Assembly (NCBI GenBank): GCA_030390025.1
Contig: CM059432.1
Location: 113,772,001 to 113,836,000 of the forward strand
Direction: 5' to 3'
Origin: Squalus acanthias
Taxonomy: Eukaryota
Length of the DNA: 64,000 bases
In this document: piece after piece, positions 24,042 to 36,579 of the stretch
Numbering within the stretch: position 1 is the stretch's first letter
Layout: the number at the start of each line of letters is the position of its first letter
Notes under the pieces: generated by a model
Told to the model about the DNA's origin: nothing
Database searches by the model: none
What the model saw: only the letters and a program-made list of their open reading frames with translations
Made by a program: the position numbers and the translations under genes

Positions 24042-24542
24042 GTGGTAGGGGATTCTATCGTAAGGGGAATAGATAGGTGTTTCTGTGGCCGTAAACGTGA
24101 CTCCAGGATGGTTTGTTGCCTCCCTGGGGCCAGGGTCATGGATGTCACTGAGCGGCTACAGGGCATTCTTAAGGGGGAGGGGGAGCAGGCAGAGGTCGTG
24201 GTTCACATTGGGACCAACGACATAGGTAGGAAGGGGGATGAGGTCCTGCATCAAGAATTTAGGGAGCTAGGCAGCAGATTAAAGAGCAGGACCTCAAAGG
24301 TTGTAATCTCTGGATTACTCCCAGTGCCATGTGCTAGTGAGTATAGGAATAGGAGGATAGAACAGATGAATGCGTGGCTGAAGAGTTGGTGCAGGAGGGA
24401 GGGTTTTAGTTTCCTGGATCACTGGGCCTGCTTCTGGGGAAGGTGGGACTTGTACAAGTCGGACGGTTTGCACCTGAACCAGAGCGGGAAAAATATCCTT
24501 GCGGGGAGGTTTGCTAGCACTGTTGGGGGGGGGTTAAACTAA
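24042..24542 (+). CDS. CR1 ORF1 C-terminal SGNH/GDSL esterase domain (partial)
   Basis: VGDSIVR, CLPGARV, VHIGTND and DGLHLN blocks. Confidence 0.9.
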   Translation: MVGDSIVRGIDRCFCGRKRDSRMVCCLPGARVMDVTERLQGILKGEGEQAEVVVHIGTNDIGRKGDEVLHQEFRELGSRLKSRTSKVVISGLLPVPCASEYRNRRIEQMNAWLKSWCRREGFSFLDHWACFWGRWDLYKSDGLHLNQSGKNILAGRFASTVGGGLN

Positions 24543-24696
24543 CTTGGCAGGGGGATGGGATACAGAGTGGAGCTACAATAGGGGGTGATGTACAGTCAAA
24601 TATAGAGAAAAAACAAGTCAGCTTGGAAGACAGGGCAAACATGTAAGAGCAAGGCTGGAAGGCATCTATTTTAATGCAAGGAGTCTAGCAAATAAG

Positions 24697-27459
24697 GTGG
24701 ATGAACTGAAGGTGTTGATAAACACATGGGAGTATGATATTGTTGCTATCACGGAGACATGGTTGAGGGAGGGGCAAGACTGGCAGCTCAATATTCCGGG
24801 GTACAGAATCTTCAGGCGAGACACTGGGGGAGGTATAAGAGGAGGGGGTGTCGCAATATTAATTAAGGAATCAATTACTGCCATAAGGAGGGATGATATA
24901 TTAGCAGGTTCCTCCAATGAGGCTATATGGGTGGAGCTTAAAAACAAAAAGGGGGCAAGCACTTTGCTGGGAGCGTACTATAGGCCCCCAAACAGTCAGG
25001 GGGAGATAGAGGAACAGATATGTCGGCAAATCTCAGAGAAATGTGCAAACAATAGGGTAATAATAATGGGGGATTTCAACTTCCCCAATATTAACTGGGA
25101 TAGTCAGAGTGTGAAAGGCTTAGAGGGTTCAAAATTCTTAAAGTGCATCCTGGAGAGCTTTTTGAGCCAACATGTAGAAAGTCCTACAAAAGAGGGGGCG
25201 GTATTGGACCTAATTCTAGGGAATGTGGCCGGCCAAGTGGAAGAAGTGCTAGTAGGTGAGCACTTTGGTGACAGTGACCATAATACGGTGAGATTTAAGG
25301 TGGTCATGGAAAAGGACAGGGATGGGCCGGAAATAAAGGTTCTAAATTGGGGGAAGGCCGATTTTAATAGGATAAGGCAGGATCTGGCCAAAAGGGACTG
25401 GGATCAGCTGCTTGTAGGAAAATCCGCATCGGAGCAATGGGATTCTTTCAGAAGGGAGATTGAGATCATACAATGGCAGCATGTTCCCGTAAAGGTCAAG
25501 GGTGGTTCCAAAAACCGCAGGGAACCTTGGATGTCAGGGGATATACGAGAATGGATCAGGAAAAAAAGGAGGGCTTTTGGCAGATACAAAATGCTAAAGA
25601 CGGAGGAAGCCCTAGAGGAGTACAAAAAGTGCAGGGGGATACTTAAAAAAGAAATTAGGAGATCAAGGAGGGGCAATGAAATAACACTGGCGAGCAAAAT
25701 AAAGGAAAATCCTAAGATGTTTTATAAGTATATTAAGGGTAAGAGGATAACTAGGGAAAAAATAGGGCCCATTAGGGACAAAAGTGGCAATCTGTGTGTG
25801 GAGCCGGAAGATGTAGGTGGGGTTCTAAATGATTTTTTTGCATCTGTTTTCACTATGGAGAAGGACGATGCAGACATAAAATTAGGGCAGGGGGATTGTG
25901 ATATACTCGAACATTTTAACATTGAGAGGGAGGAGGTATTGGCGGTTTTAGCAGGTCTAAAAATGGATAAATCCCCAGGTCCGGACGAAATGTATCCCAG
26001 GCTGCTGTGTGAGGCAAAGGAGGAGATTGCGGGGGCTCTAACACATATATTCAGAACCTCTCTGGCCACAGGGGATGTGCCAGAGGACTGGAGAACCGCT
26101 AATGTAGTACCATTATTCAAGAAAGGGAGTAGGGAAAAACCGGGGAACTACAGGCTAGTGAGCCTAACATCAGTGGTAGGAAAATTATTGGAAAAAATTC
26201 TGAGGGACAAAATTAGTCTCCACTTGGAGAGGCAAGGATTAATCAGGGTTAGCCAACATGGCTTTGTCAAGGGAAGATCATGTCTGACTAATTTGATTGA
26301 ATTTTTTGAGGGGGTGACTAGGTGTGTGAATGAGGGTAACGCAGTAGATGTGGTATACATGGATTTCAGTAAGGCCTTCGATAAAGTCCCGCACAGGAGA
26401 CTGGTCAAGAAGGTAAAAGCCCATGGAATCCAGGGTGCCTTGGCACATTGGATACAAAACTGGCTCAGTGGCAGAAGGCAGAGGGTGATGGTCGAAGGTT
26501 GCTTTTGTGACTGGAAGCCTGTGGCCAGTGGGGTACCACAGGGATCGGTGCTGGGTCCCTTGCTGTTTGTGGTCTACATTAACGACTTGGATATGAATGT
26601 AAAAGGTATGATCAGTAAGTTCGCAGATGATACAAAAATTGGTAGGGTGGTAAATAGCGAGGAGGGTAGCCTCAGTCTGCAGGACGATATAGATGGGTTG
26701 GTCAGATGGGCGGAACAGTGGCAAATGGAATTTAATCCGGAAAAGTGCGAGGTGATGCACTTTGGTGGGACTAACAAGGCAAGGGAATACACAATGAATG
26801 GTAAGACCCTAGGCAAGACGGAGGGTCAGAGGGATCTTGGTGTGCAAGTACACAGATCCCTGAAGGCGGCGGAACAGGTGGATAAGGTGGTAAAAAAGGC
26901 ATATGGGATACTTGCATTCATTAGCCGAGGCATAGAATATAAGAGCAAGGAGGTTATGATGGAGCTGTATAAAACACTGGTTAGGCCACATCTGGAATAC
27001 TGTGTGCAGTTCTGGTCGCCACACTACAGGAAGGATGTGATCGCTTTGGAGAGGGTGCAGAGGAGATTCACCAGAATGTTACCCGGGCTGGAGTGCTTCA
27101 GCTATGAAGAGAGACTGGGCAGATTGGGTTTGTTTTCCTTGGAGCAGAGGAGGCTGAGGGGGGACATGATTGAGGTGTACAAAATTATGAGGGGCATAGA
27201 TAGGATGGATACTAAGGAGCTTTTTCCCTTAGTAGAGGGGTCTATAACAAGGGGGCATAGATTCAAGGTAAAGGGCGGGAGGTTTAGAAGGGATTTGAGA
27301 AAGAACTTTATCACCCAGAGGGTGGTTGGAGTCTGGAACTCACTGCCTGAAAGGGTTGTGGAGGCAGGAACCCTCACAACATTCAAGAAGCATTTGGATG
27401 AGCACTTGAAATGCCATAGCATACAAGGCTACGGACCAAATGCTGGAATATGGGATTAG
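24697..27459 (+). CDS. CR1 ORF2: AP-like endonuclease plus reverse transcriptase (frame open from 24589)
   Basis: 920 aa without stops; ITETW, YRPP, GDFN, SDH endonuclease motifs; DFSKAFD, GVPQGSVLGP, KFADD RT motifs; in-frame upstream GIYFNARSLANK. Confidence 0.95.
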   Translation: MDELKVLINTWEYDIVAITETWLREGQDWQLNIPGYRIFRRDTGGGIRGGGVAILIKESITAIRRDDILAGSSNEAIWVELKNKKGASTLLGAYYRPPNSQGEIEEQICRQISEKCANNRVIIMGDFNFPNINWDSQSVKGLEGSKFLKCILESFLSQHVESPTKEGAVLDLILGNVAGQVEEVLVGEHFGDSDHNTVRFKVVMEKDRDGPEIKVLNWGKADFNRIRQDLAKRDWDQLLVGKSASEQWDSFRREIEIIQWQHVPVKVKGGSKNRREPWMSGDIREWIRKKRRAFGRYKMLKTEEALEEYKKCRGILKKEIRRSRRGNEITLASKIKENPKMFYKYIKGKRITREKIGPIRDKSGNLCVEPEDVGGVLNDFFASVFTMEKDDADIKLGQGDCDILEHFNIEREEVLAVLAGLKMDKSPGPDEMYPRLLCEAKEEIAGALTHIFRTSLATGDVPEDWRTANVVPLFKKGSREKPGNYRLVSLTSVVGKLLEKILRDKISLHLERQGLIRVSQHGFVKGRSCLTNLIEFFEGVTRCVNEGNAVDVVYMDFSKAFDKVPHRRLVKKVKAHGIQGALAHWIQNWLSGRRQRVMVEGCFCDWKPVASGVPQGSVLGPLLFVVYINDLDMNVKGMISKFADDTKIGRVVNSEEGSLSLQDDIDGLVRWAEQWQMEFNPEKCEVMHFGGTNKAREYTMNGKTLGKTEGQRDLGVQVHRSLKAAEQVDKVVKKAYGILAFISRGIEYKSKEVMMELYKTLVRPHLEYCVQFWSPHYRKDVIALERVQRRFTRMLPGLECFSYEERLGRLGLFSLEQRRLRGDMIEVYKIMRGIDRMDTKELFPLVEGSITRGHRFKVKGGRFRRDLRKNFITQRVVGVWNSLPERVVEAGTLTTFKKHLDEHLKCHSIQGYGPNAGIWD

Positions 27460-30400
27460 ATTAGACAGGGCTTGATGGCCGGCACGGACATGATGGGCCG
27501 AAGGGCCTCTATCCGTGCTGTATAACTCTATGACTCTATGAGGATCGGACAAAGTCAACATGGATTTACAAAAGGTAAATCATGCTTGACTAATCTACAG
27601 GAATTTTTTGAGGATGTAACTGGTAGAATAGATAAGGGAGAACTAGTGGATGTGGTGTATTTGGACTTTCAGAAGGCTTTTGATAAGGTCCCACATAAGA
27701 GATTAGCGTGCAAAGTTAAAACACATGGGATTGGGTGTAAGGTACTGACTTGGATAGAGAACTGGTTGGCAGACAGAAAGCAAAGAGTTGGAATAAATGG
27801 GTCTTTTTCCGAGTGGCAGGCAGTGACTAGTGGGGTACCACAGGGATCGGTGCTAGGACCCCAGCTATTCACAATATATATTAATGATCTAGACGAGGGA
27901 ACTAGATGTAATATCTCCAAGTTTGCAGACATCACAAAGCTGGGTGGGCGTGTGTGCTGTGAGGAGGATGCAGAGAAACTCCAGTATGATTTGGACAGGT
28001 TGGGTGATTGGGCAGATGCATGGCAGATGCAGTGTAATATGGATAAATGTGAGGTTATCCACTTTGGTGGCAAAAACAGGAAGACAGATTATTATTTGAA
28101 CGGCAATAGATTGGGAAAAGGGGAAGTGCAACGAGACCTGGGTGTCCTTGTGCACCAGTCGCTGAAGGTAAGCATGCAGGTGCAGCAGGCGGTTAAGAAG
28201 GCAAATGGTATGTTGGCCTTCATAGCGAGAGGGTTTGAGTACAGGAGCAAGGATGTCTTGCTGCAGCTGTACAGGGCCTTGGTGAGACCACACCTTGAGT
28301 ATTGTGTGCAGTTTTGATCGCCTTATCTGAGGAAGGATGTTCTTGCCATGGAGGGAGTGCAGCAAAGATTCACCAGACTGATACCTGGGATGGCAGGAAT
28401 GACGTATGAAGAGAGATTGGGTCGATTAGGCTTATATTTGCTAGAGTTTAGAAGAATGAGAGGGGATCTCATTGAAACTTAGAAAATGCTAACAGGACTA
28501 GACAGGCTAGATGCAGGAAGGATGTTCCCGATGGCGGGGGAGTCCAGAACCAGGGGTCACAGTCTAAGGATAAGGGGTAAGTTATTCAGGACTGAGATGA
28601 GGAGGAATTTCTTCACCCAGAGAGTGGTGAACCTGTGGAATTCTCTACCACATAAGGCAGTTGAGGCCAATTCATTAAATATGTTCAAGAAGGAGTTAGA
28701 TATATTTCTTAAGGCTAAAGGGATCAAGGGATATGGGGAGAAAGCAGGGACAGGGTACTGAATTTGGCTGATCAGCCATGATCTCATTAAATGGCGGAAC
28801 AGGCTCGAGGGGCCAAATGGCCTACTACTGCTCCTATCTTCTATGTTTCTATGTTTCTAGATCTTGTTGTAGGAGTTTGACTCATTCTCGGCCAAACCTG
28901 AGGAGAATTTTTCTCCAAGGGCTGACCTTGATCTACATTTGGACTCTTTACACTTTCAGACTGTTTGTCTGCCTGACTCGGGCTCAGATTTAAATTCTGA
29001 CTTTGTCTTCGACTTGTTTCTGGTACGTCTGATGTAGGATTTGCTACTGGTACTCTACTTGTAACAAGACTATCTGACTCATCAGAATAAATTGAATCAT
29101 CCCAGGTTTCAACTCCTTCCACATCTGTAGGTAAGATATGATCAATGTGAACAAACCTAACCTTTCCATGATCAACCATCTTGACCAAATATGAGCGAGG
29201 GCCACATATCTTCACTACTCTTCCTGGTAGCCACTTTAACCATTTATGGTGATGGTTCTTCACTCTAAACTTCTGGTTCAACTTCACACTTCTTTCTCTA
29301 ACTCTACCTTTATCATGACTCTCTTTCTGCCTCGATTGTTTCTCTTCTACAGACTGTGCCAAGTTTGGCTTTAACAACGAGAACCTGGTTCGTGGCTGTT
29401 GTTTGAGAAACAACTCTGCTGTTTTTCTATCAGTAGTGGTATGAGTATTCCGATAGGTAATCTGAAAATTTGCCAGTTTGTGGTCCAACGACAACTGACA
29501 TTTCTTTGGATTTGGATTCAACATTTGCTTGATGAGGGCACGTTTGACAATTTGTACTGTGCGCTCTGCTGAACCATTTGAAGCAGGGTGATACGTTGGA
29601 ACTTTGGTACGTTTCACACCGTTTCTGCACATGAACTGTGTGAACTCTTCTGAACAAAATTGCGGCCCATTATCAGACACAGTTTCTTCTGGGAGGCCGT
29701 ATGAAGAAAACAATCTTCGCAAATTGTCTAGTGTTTTGCTTGTTGTTATTCTCCACATCGGAAACACCTCTACCCACTTCGAGTGACTATCTATCACTGT
29801 GAACAGTTGCTGTCCTTCTAGCTCAGCAAAATCTACATGTAGTCTTTGCCACACTCTGGGAGGCCATTTCCATGGCTGTAATGGTACAGATGGTGGTTTC
29901 TTGCTCACCCACTGACATGTTGTACACTGACTGACTATGTACTCTATCACTTTATCTAAACCTGGCCACCATAAGTAACTGCGTGCAAAACTTTTGGTCA
30001 AGCACATTCCCAGGTGCTGGTCATGAAGATCTCCTAACAATTTAGACCTGAACCTATTTGGGTTAACCACTCTTGCTCCCCACATGATACAATCTTTATC
30101 CACTGACAATTCATTCCTACAAATGAAGTATGGATGGATATCTTCCTCTGATACCTGGTTTGGCCATCCATTTGTTATGTAATCATACACCTTTGCCATA
30201 ATTGGGTCATGTTTGGTTGCCCTACCAATCTCTTCAGCTGTGACTGGCAGCTCATCAATGTATGAGAAATAGAACACTTCTTCCTATTGGGTGTAACTTG
30301 TGATGGGGATGGCAACCTGGACACAGCATCAGCATTACTGTGATCAGCTGATCGTCTGTACTCAATGTCATACGTATACGCTGACAAAATCAAAGCCCAT

Positions 30401-31494
30401 CTCTGCATTCGGGCTGCAGCTAAGGTTGGAACTGGGGACTTTGAATTTAGGATTGCTGTCAGGGGCTTATGGTCAGTAACTATGGTAAACTTACGACTAA
30501 ACAAGTATTTGTGAAACTTCTTGACCCTAAAAATCAAGGACAAAGCTTCCCTTTCGATCTGCGCATAATTCCGCTCACTGGCACTGAGAGTGCATGAAGC
30601 AAAAGCAATTGGTCTCTCCTCCCACTGTCTAGTGCATGAGAGATCACTGCCCCAACTCCGTACGGAGAGGCGTCATACGCTAGCTTGATTTCCTTAGATA
30701 CATCATAGTGAACTAACATGGTACTCTCTACGAACTGGCTTTTACATTCTTTGAATGCTGTGTTGCATTCTTTTGACCACCTCCAAGGGACCTGCTTTCT
30801 CAACAGCTCATTCAGTGGATGTAACAATGTAGCCAAGTTTGGGAGAATCTTTCCGTAATAATTCAAAAGACCCAAAAATGATCGAAGTTCAGAGACATTC
30901 TTGGGAGCGGGTGCATTTCTGATTGCATCCAGCTTTCCCTTGGTTGGATGTAACCCATCTTTGTCTACTCTGTGCCCTAAGTACTCCACTGAGTTTTGAA
31001 ACAACTCACACTTGTGAGCTGTCACTCGTACTCTGTGCTTCTCTAGCCGTTTGAGCACTTCATTCAACACCTCATCGTGGATTTGCCTGTTTGGTGCTGA
31101 AATGAGTATGTCATCCAAATAACACACTACCCCTTCAATCCCTTGCAAAATTTGGTTCATCACTCCCTGGAATATGTCGGGGGCAGAAGACACTCCAAAT
31201 GGTAGCCTATTGAACTGATACAGGCCTCAGTGAGTATTTATAGTCAAGCATGACTTGGACTCTTCATCTAATTCAAGTTGTAGGTCGGCATTTGTTAGAT
31301 CTAACTTCGAAAAGATCTGGCCACCTTTCAGCGTTTGAACAAATCTTCCACATTTGGCAACATATTGGGTAAATTACACTCTAGAACCTGGTTTACGATT
31401 ACCTTATAAATACCACACAAACTTACTTATCATCTGACTTAGGTACAACAACAATGGGTATAGCCCAATTACTCAGATCTACCTGAGAGATAAT

Positions 31495-32004
31495 GGGGGA
31501 GAAATTCGGTTGCGCCCCGTTTATACTATGGTCGCAGCCTGGCACCGAGACGCGGTGCCGGACGGTGCAATGGCAGCCATGGACCATACCAAAGGCCGCC
31601 AAGAGGGGCCGACCTAGAGGTCAGCCAAAAGAAAAAATGTTGGCGCGGGGCGCAACCGGTCCACCCCTTTAATTACCACCCCGCCAGCGGTGTGCGGCCT
31701 GGTTCATGACCCGCAAGGCTGTCGCTGACACCACCCGCGGCAACCTCGCGGGGCGCAGCTGAATTTCTGCCACGGGGCAGTAAGGGGCCGCGCTGGGGCG
31801 CTAAGGGGACACATCGCTTGCCGATGACGTCATCGCTGGCGGCGCAGCGGCCTGGGGTGCTATCGTCTAGCACCTCAGCAGCGCCCCGCCGCATTTCTCA
31901 GGAGGCGCTATTATCAACCCCCATGGGATGATAACCCCTTTGTGCCCCGTTAGCGCCCCCCACAGGCACTAACGGCGGGCGCTAAGTAGGCGAATTTCAC
32001 CCCC
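31495..32004. mobile_element. Harbinger-type MITE inserted in Gypsy RT
   Basis: AAT|GGGGGAGAAATTCG ... CGAATTTCACCCCC|AAT; removing it restores the Gypsy reading LKTENI-ISQVD. Confidence 0.92.
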
Positions 32005-33549
32005 AATGTTCTCAGTTTTTAGTCTTTTGAGTTCTTGCTCAACTTTCTCCTTGAGTGCATATGATACGGGACGTGGCTTGCAGTAAACTGGCCTTGCATC
32101 CTTCTGTGCTCTGACACTCGCCTTGACGTCTTGGCTCAGACTGCCCGTTTCGCTGAACACCTTCGGATACTGCTTGATGACATCATCTTTCGATGCAAAT
32201 TTTGCTTCCACACGAAAAATCTCATTCCAATCCAGCTTCAGTGATCACAACCAATTTCTACCTATCAAGGCAGGCTTGTCTCCTGCCACTACTATGAAAG
32301 GCAAGCTCTGACGCTGATCCTTGTATTTCACTGGTATGGTGACACTTCCTACTACAGGGATTTGTTCTCCTGAGTAGCCTTGCAGCTCTACCTTCGATTT
32401 CTCTAGTCGATAACTACACAACTTGTCGTGATATAGTGATTCCAGTACTATGCTCACAGATGCACCAGTGTCGATTTCCATGGGTATCCTGGTTCCTGCG
32501 ACATCTACTTGGATGATGATACCTCGCAAATCGCTGTTAGATACCTTCGTGCTTCTGATGACGTGAATCTCCAGAAACTCCTCGTCCTGCTGCTAATCTT
32601 CAATGGTATGTAGTGTCTGGCGATTTCTACTTCTAGCATCGCCAGTCGGTTTACTCTTCTGTCGGCATGCCTTTGCAAGATGCTTAGTTTTCTTGCAGTA
32701 GAAACACTCTGCCTTCACATATGGACAGCTTTGAGCGATGTGTTGTCCCAGGCACCGATAGCAAGACTTCAATGCACTGTTACCTTGGCCAGTTGCTGAG
32801 GCCTTGGGGCCCAACTGCCTTTTACTTTTAGCCTACAGCCGATTCACATCGGTTGACTGACGACTGAAAATGGCGCAAAACTCTCGGGAGTATTGGTCGT
32901 CCATATTCATCAACATAGCTGTCTGACAATCTAAGTCAAAAGTCAAGTTAGGGTTGTCAACAATTTGCTTCTGACACGTTCATTTTTCAACCCACAAATA
33001 AAGCGGTCGCGCAAAGCTCGGTCCTGAAAGTTTCTGAAATGACAGTGAATGGATAGCACAATGTACTCACTGATACCCTCGTCATTTAATTGATCACGTG
33101 TTCCAAAACGATAACTTTCAGCAATTTCCAGGGGCTCAGGACTGTAGTGCTGTTCTAACTTGGTTAGGATCTTCTTCAGTGGCGTGTCCTTCGGCTTGGT
33201 GGGAACAAGCAAATTTTTCAGGGTTTCGTACACCTCGGGGCCTGCTTCATTCAAAAAAATAGTCTGTTTCATTTCTAAAACCGCCCGGTTACGGTTCACA
33301 TCATCGGGGACTTCGACGATACTAGTCGCGGTGAAAAACATTTCTAGCTGCTCCATATATGCTCCGAAAGTCTGTCGGTCACGATGGAACTCACCCAAGT
33401 GCCCTATTATTCCCATAGGTGCGGCCATCTGGAATCTGGCAACGTCGACAGTTCAGTCACGTGTGCTCGAAATTTATCTTGGATTTTTAAGTTTTTCTGC
33501 AAAACGAAGAACCTCCAACAGTCCCTCCGTCGGTTGGCAGGATTATCCT

Positions 33550-34425
33550 GCAAGCAAGACCTGGATGACATTCAGGCTTGGGCTGATAAAAACATAAGAA
33601 ATAGGAGCAGGAATAGGCCACTTGGCCCTGTGGCAGGTAACATTCGCACCACACAAGTGCCAGTCAATGATTATCTCCAATAAGTGAGAGTCTTACCACC
33701 GCCCCTTGACATTCAACGGCATTACCATCGCCGAATCCCCCACCATCAATATCCTGGGGGTCACCATTGACCAGAAATTTAACTGGACCAGCCACATAAA
33801 TACTGTGGCAACAAGAGCAGGTCAGAAGCTAGGTATTCTGCGGCGAGTGTCTCACCTCCTGACTCCCCAAAGCCTTTCCACCATCTACAAGGCACAAGTC
33901 AGGAGTGTGATGGTATACTCTCCACTTGTCTGGATGAGTGCAGCTCCAACAACACTCAAGCAGCTCGACACCATCCAGGACAAAGCAGCCCGCTTGATTG
34001 GCACCCGTCCACCACTTTAAACATTCACTCCCTCCACCACCGACGTACCGTGGCTGCAGTGTGTACCATCTACAAGACGCACTGCAGCAACTTGCCAAGG
34101 CTTTTTCAGCAGCACCTCCCAAACCCATGACCTCTTCCACCTAGAAGGACAAGGGCAGCAGGCGCATGGGAACACCACCACCTCCAAGTTCCCCTCCAAG
34201 TCACACATCATCCTAACTTGGAAATATATCGTCATTCCTTCATCATCGCTGGGTCAAAATCCTGGAACTCCCTCCCTAACAGCACTGTGGGAGTACCTTC
34301 ACCACACGGACTGCAGGGGTTCAAGAAGGCAGCTCACCACCACCTTCTCAAGGGCAATTAGAGATGGGCAATAAATGCTGGCCTTGCCAACGAAGCCCAC
34401 ATCCCGGGAACGAGTAGAATAAAAA
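33550..34425 (+). mobile_element. 5'-truncated non-LTR retrotransposon (CR1/L2 group, distinct from the main CR1 family)
   Basis: QDLDDIQAWADK..WQVTFAPHKCQ, ILGVTIDQKFNWTSHI..IYKAQVRSVMVYS; 3' GGGCAATAAATGCTGGCC; about 40 bp of inverted CR1 tail inserted near 33590-33629. Confidence 0.8.
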
Positions 34426-34472
34426 GTCTCACCTCTCTCCATGAGAGTGAGAAATTACTACACATATCTATT

Positions 34473-35181
34473 GGGCTGGAAATTGTGGTCGGAGGCTTCC
34501 CGCGGGCGAATGCCTCCGAACCGCAAGTAAACTCCGCACCTACCTGCTGCCTCCAGAGCTTCGTAGACTCGCGCTCACGGGCCTGCAGGCGCACGTCTGT
34601 GTAAAGGCCCATGTATCTCAGGGGCACACACAGTTCACAAGCATCCCTGGGATCACGTGGGCCGGCCCAACCAATCAGAAAAGAGGATCCCCATTATGCT
34701 TATGGAGATTCCATTTGCGTACAGAATCCCCGTAAGCATGAATAGGGATCCCCGAAAAAACACACTATCACAGCACTGAAATAAAAATAAATCATCACAT
34801 CGTCAAAATTAATTAAAATACAATTTAATTAAACATTTAAAACAAAAATTTAATTTTTTGAAAAGTAAATGTAAACATTTTTCATGGGGCCAAAAATAAC
34901 CTAAACTAATTTTAAAGGTTTTTGTATGGTTAAGTCATTAAAAAAATTATTTTACTATTTATTTAAACCCTTACGCTGGTAAAAGAAGGTCTTGCGCCTG
35001 CTTTTACCGGCGTAAGGGTTTGGTGGGCATTCGCTGGGCAGTCGTAGCCCAACCCTGCGCTGGCAAATGTCCATTTCCTGCGGATTCGTACGATCTGTCG
35101 AGCTGAAACTTGACAGGTCGCAAGAACTTACGGGGCACTTACAACAGCATACACGGTCATAGGCCCTGGAAAATCCGGGCC
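34473..35181. mobile_element. Harbinger-type MITE
   Basis: ATT|GGGCTGGAAATT ... AAAATCCGGGCC|ATT; AT-rich core. Confidence 0.8.
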
Positions 35182-36035
35182 ATTATTACATTCGGCAAAA
35201 TACTTTAGTTGCAATTACCTAAACATTTTCCATTTTATGCCATCTTGAACTCCCAGGGGATAAATTCTGCTTTGGTAATGTGTGCCAAGAAAAAAACTAA
35301 ATTATTCAAAATTTGAATTAAGTGCCTTTGAAGTAAGATCCTGTAAATTGAAGCAGAATCTGTCTTTACACAAAAAATGTGAGAAGCCTATTTATGCAGT
35401 TTTAAGCTGCTTTTGCATTATTCGGAAACGGCTGTTCCTGACTGCCAGCCTTTGTGAATCCCACTCGGTTTATCTTCAGGTTGCAGCTGGCTGTGTGAGA
35501 ACTGGGCATGGTGAATCAGCACTGCTTGCATGGGTCTCACACAGTATAAAATCAACGTCGCGTTTACAGTCTGTGCACATCGAACTAAAACAAAGGAATT
35601 GTTCATTACAAAGCAATTTAATTCAGAAATGTTCACACCCATCCAGCGAAGAGAGCATTTTGAGAAAGTGTTACCATATTAACAACCTCTGCAACCTGAT
35701 GCTCACACATATTCCATGAGGAGAGAGAAGTCATCATTTTGCAGTTAGCACTTTTACTTCAATAAATCTGTATGCAAATGTGTACAGTACATGAGCTCAT
35801 TTGCATGAGGTGTTATCTTGTGGTTACTTTGGTGTTGTCTAAATTTAGTGTGTGCAAGTCTAAATGGCCAAGTGTTTGATGTGATAACACAGACAGGTTT
35901 ATCTGATAATGAATTGCTGAACTCATAACTAGCCAACATAGCATCGAAACCGAGCACGAAGATTAGTAAGTAAACAGGTTTTTACGCATTAAAACAGTTA
36001 TTCACGAGAATAACAGGAGTGAGCCTTTGGCTTTC

Positions 36036-36300
36036 ATAGATTCATAGAATGATAAGCACAGAAGAGGCCATTCGGCCCATCGTGCCTGTGCCGGCTCTTT
36101 TGAAGGAGCTCTCCAATTAGTCCCACTCCCCAGCTCTTTCCCCATAGCCTTGCAAATTTTTCCTTTTCCAAGTATTTATCCAATTCCCTTTTGAAAGTTA
36201 CTATTGAATCTGCTTCCACCACCCTTTCAGACAGTGCATTGCAGATCACAACAACTCGCTGTGTAAAAAATTTTCCTTGTGTCACCTCTGGTTCTTCTGC
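36036..36300 (-). mobile_element. CR1 3' fragment
   Basis: CATAGATTCATAGAAT tail; FFTQRVVVICNALSERVVEADS. Confidence 0.85.
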
Positions 36301-36579
36301 TACTTTACACTATTCTCCATGGAAAGAGTGTGAAAATGTGAAAAAAACAACATGGGAATAGCAGCAAATTTCATTTAAACCTCACACTTTCTTAACTTTT
36401 TCCCATATAACTCCTGCTGGATTCCATAAAATGATTTTAAAGATGCATATGAGGAAATCACAGGCATGCTTGCCGCAATTTTCCATTCATAACTGGTGAA
36501 AGGTTGAAGCCTGCAACTCCCGATCTGCTTTCTTGTGGGCGAGAATCTGCACCAAGAGTGCACATTTGTAAAATCATCC

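Larger units (their letters stand above)
23954..27540 (+). mobile_element. Young CR1 LINE, 5'-truncated within ORF1
   Basis: ORF1 esterase domain, uninterrupted ORF2, 3' UTR and (ACTCTATG)2 tail. Confidence 0.95.
23805..28858 (+). mobile_element. 5'-truncated CR1 (23805-23953 and 27541-28858), split by a younger CR1
   Basis: KDVIAEHLEN at about 23920-23947 joins RIGQSQHGFTKGKSCLTNL at 27541; premature stops; tail CTATGTTTCTATGTTTCT. Confidence 0.9.
23468..33549 (-). mobile_element. Decayed Gypsy/Ty3 LTR retrotransposon (gag-pro-RT-RNaseH-integrase), 5' LTR lost, split by nested CR1s and a MITE
   Basis: gag 32943..33428; Zn knuckles CYRCLGQH..C and CFYCKK at 32593..32814; protease IDTGAS 32245..32529; RT YLDD 30534..31193; RNase H TDHKPL 30175..30543; integrase HHCC plus HVDF/SDNGPQF/NGSAER 28859..30277; C-terminal RRYPLRNRKP near 23742-23795. 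Confidence 0.92.

Noticed and set aside
25104..27422. Antisense ORFs over CR1 ORF2
   Set aside because: Shadow frames of the LINE coding sequence.
28841..30277. Domesticated integrase gene (478 aa)
   Set aside because: Part of a frameshifted Gypsy pol whose C-terminus is cut by a CR1 insertion.
35282..35719. 145-aa ORF
   Set aside because: No recognisable motif or exon boundaries; probably chance.
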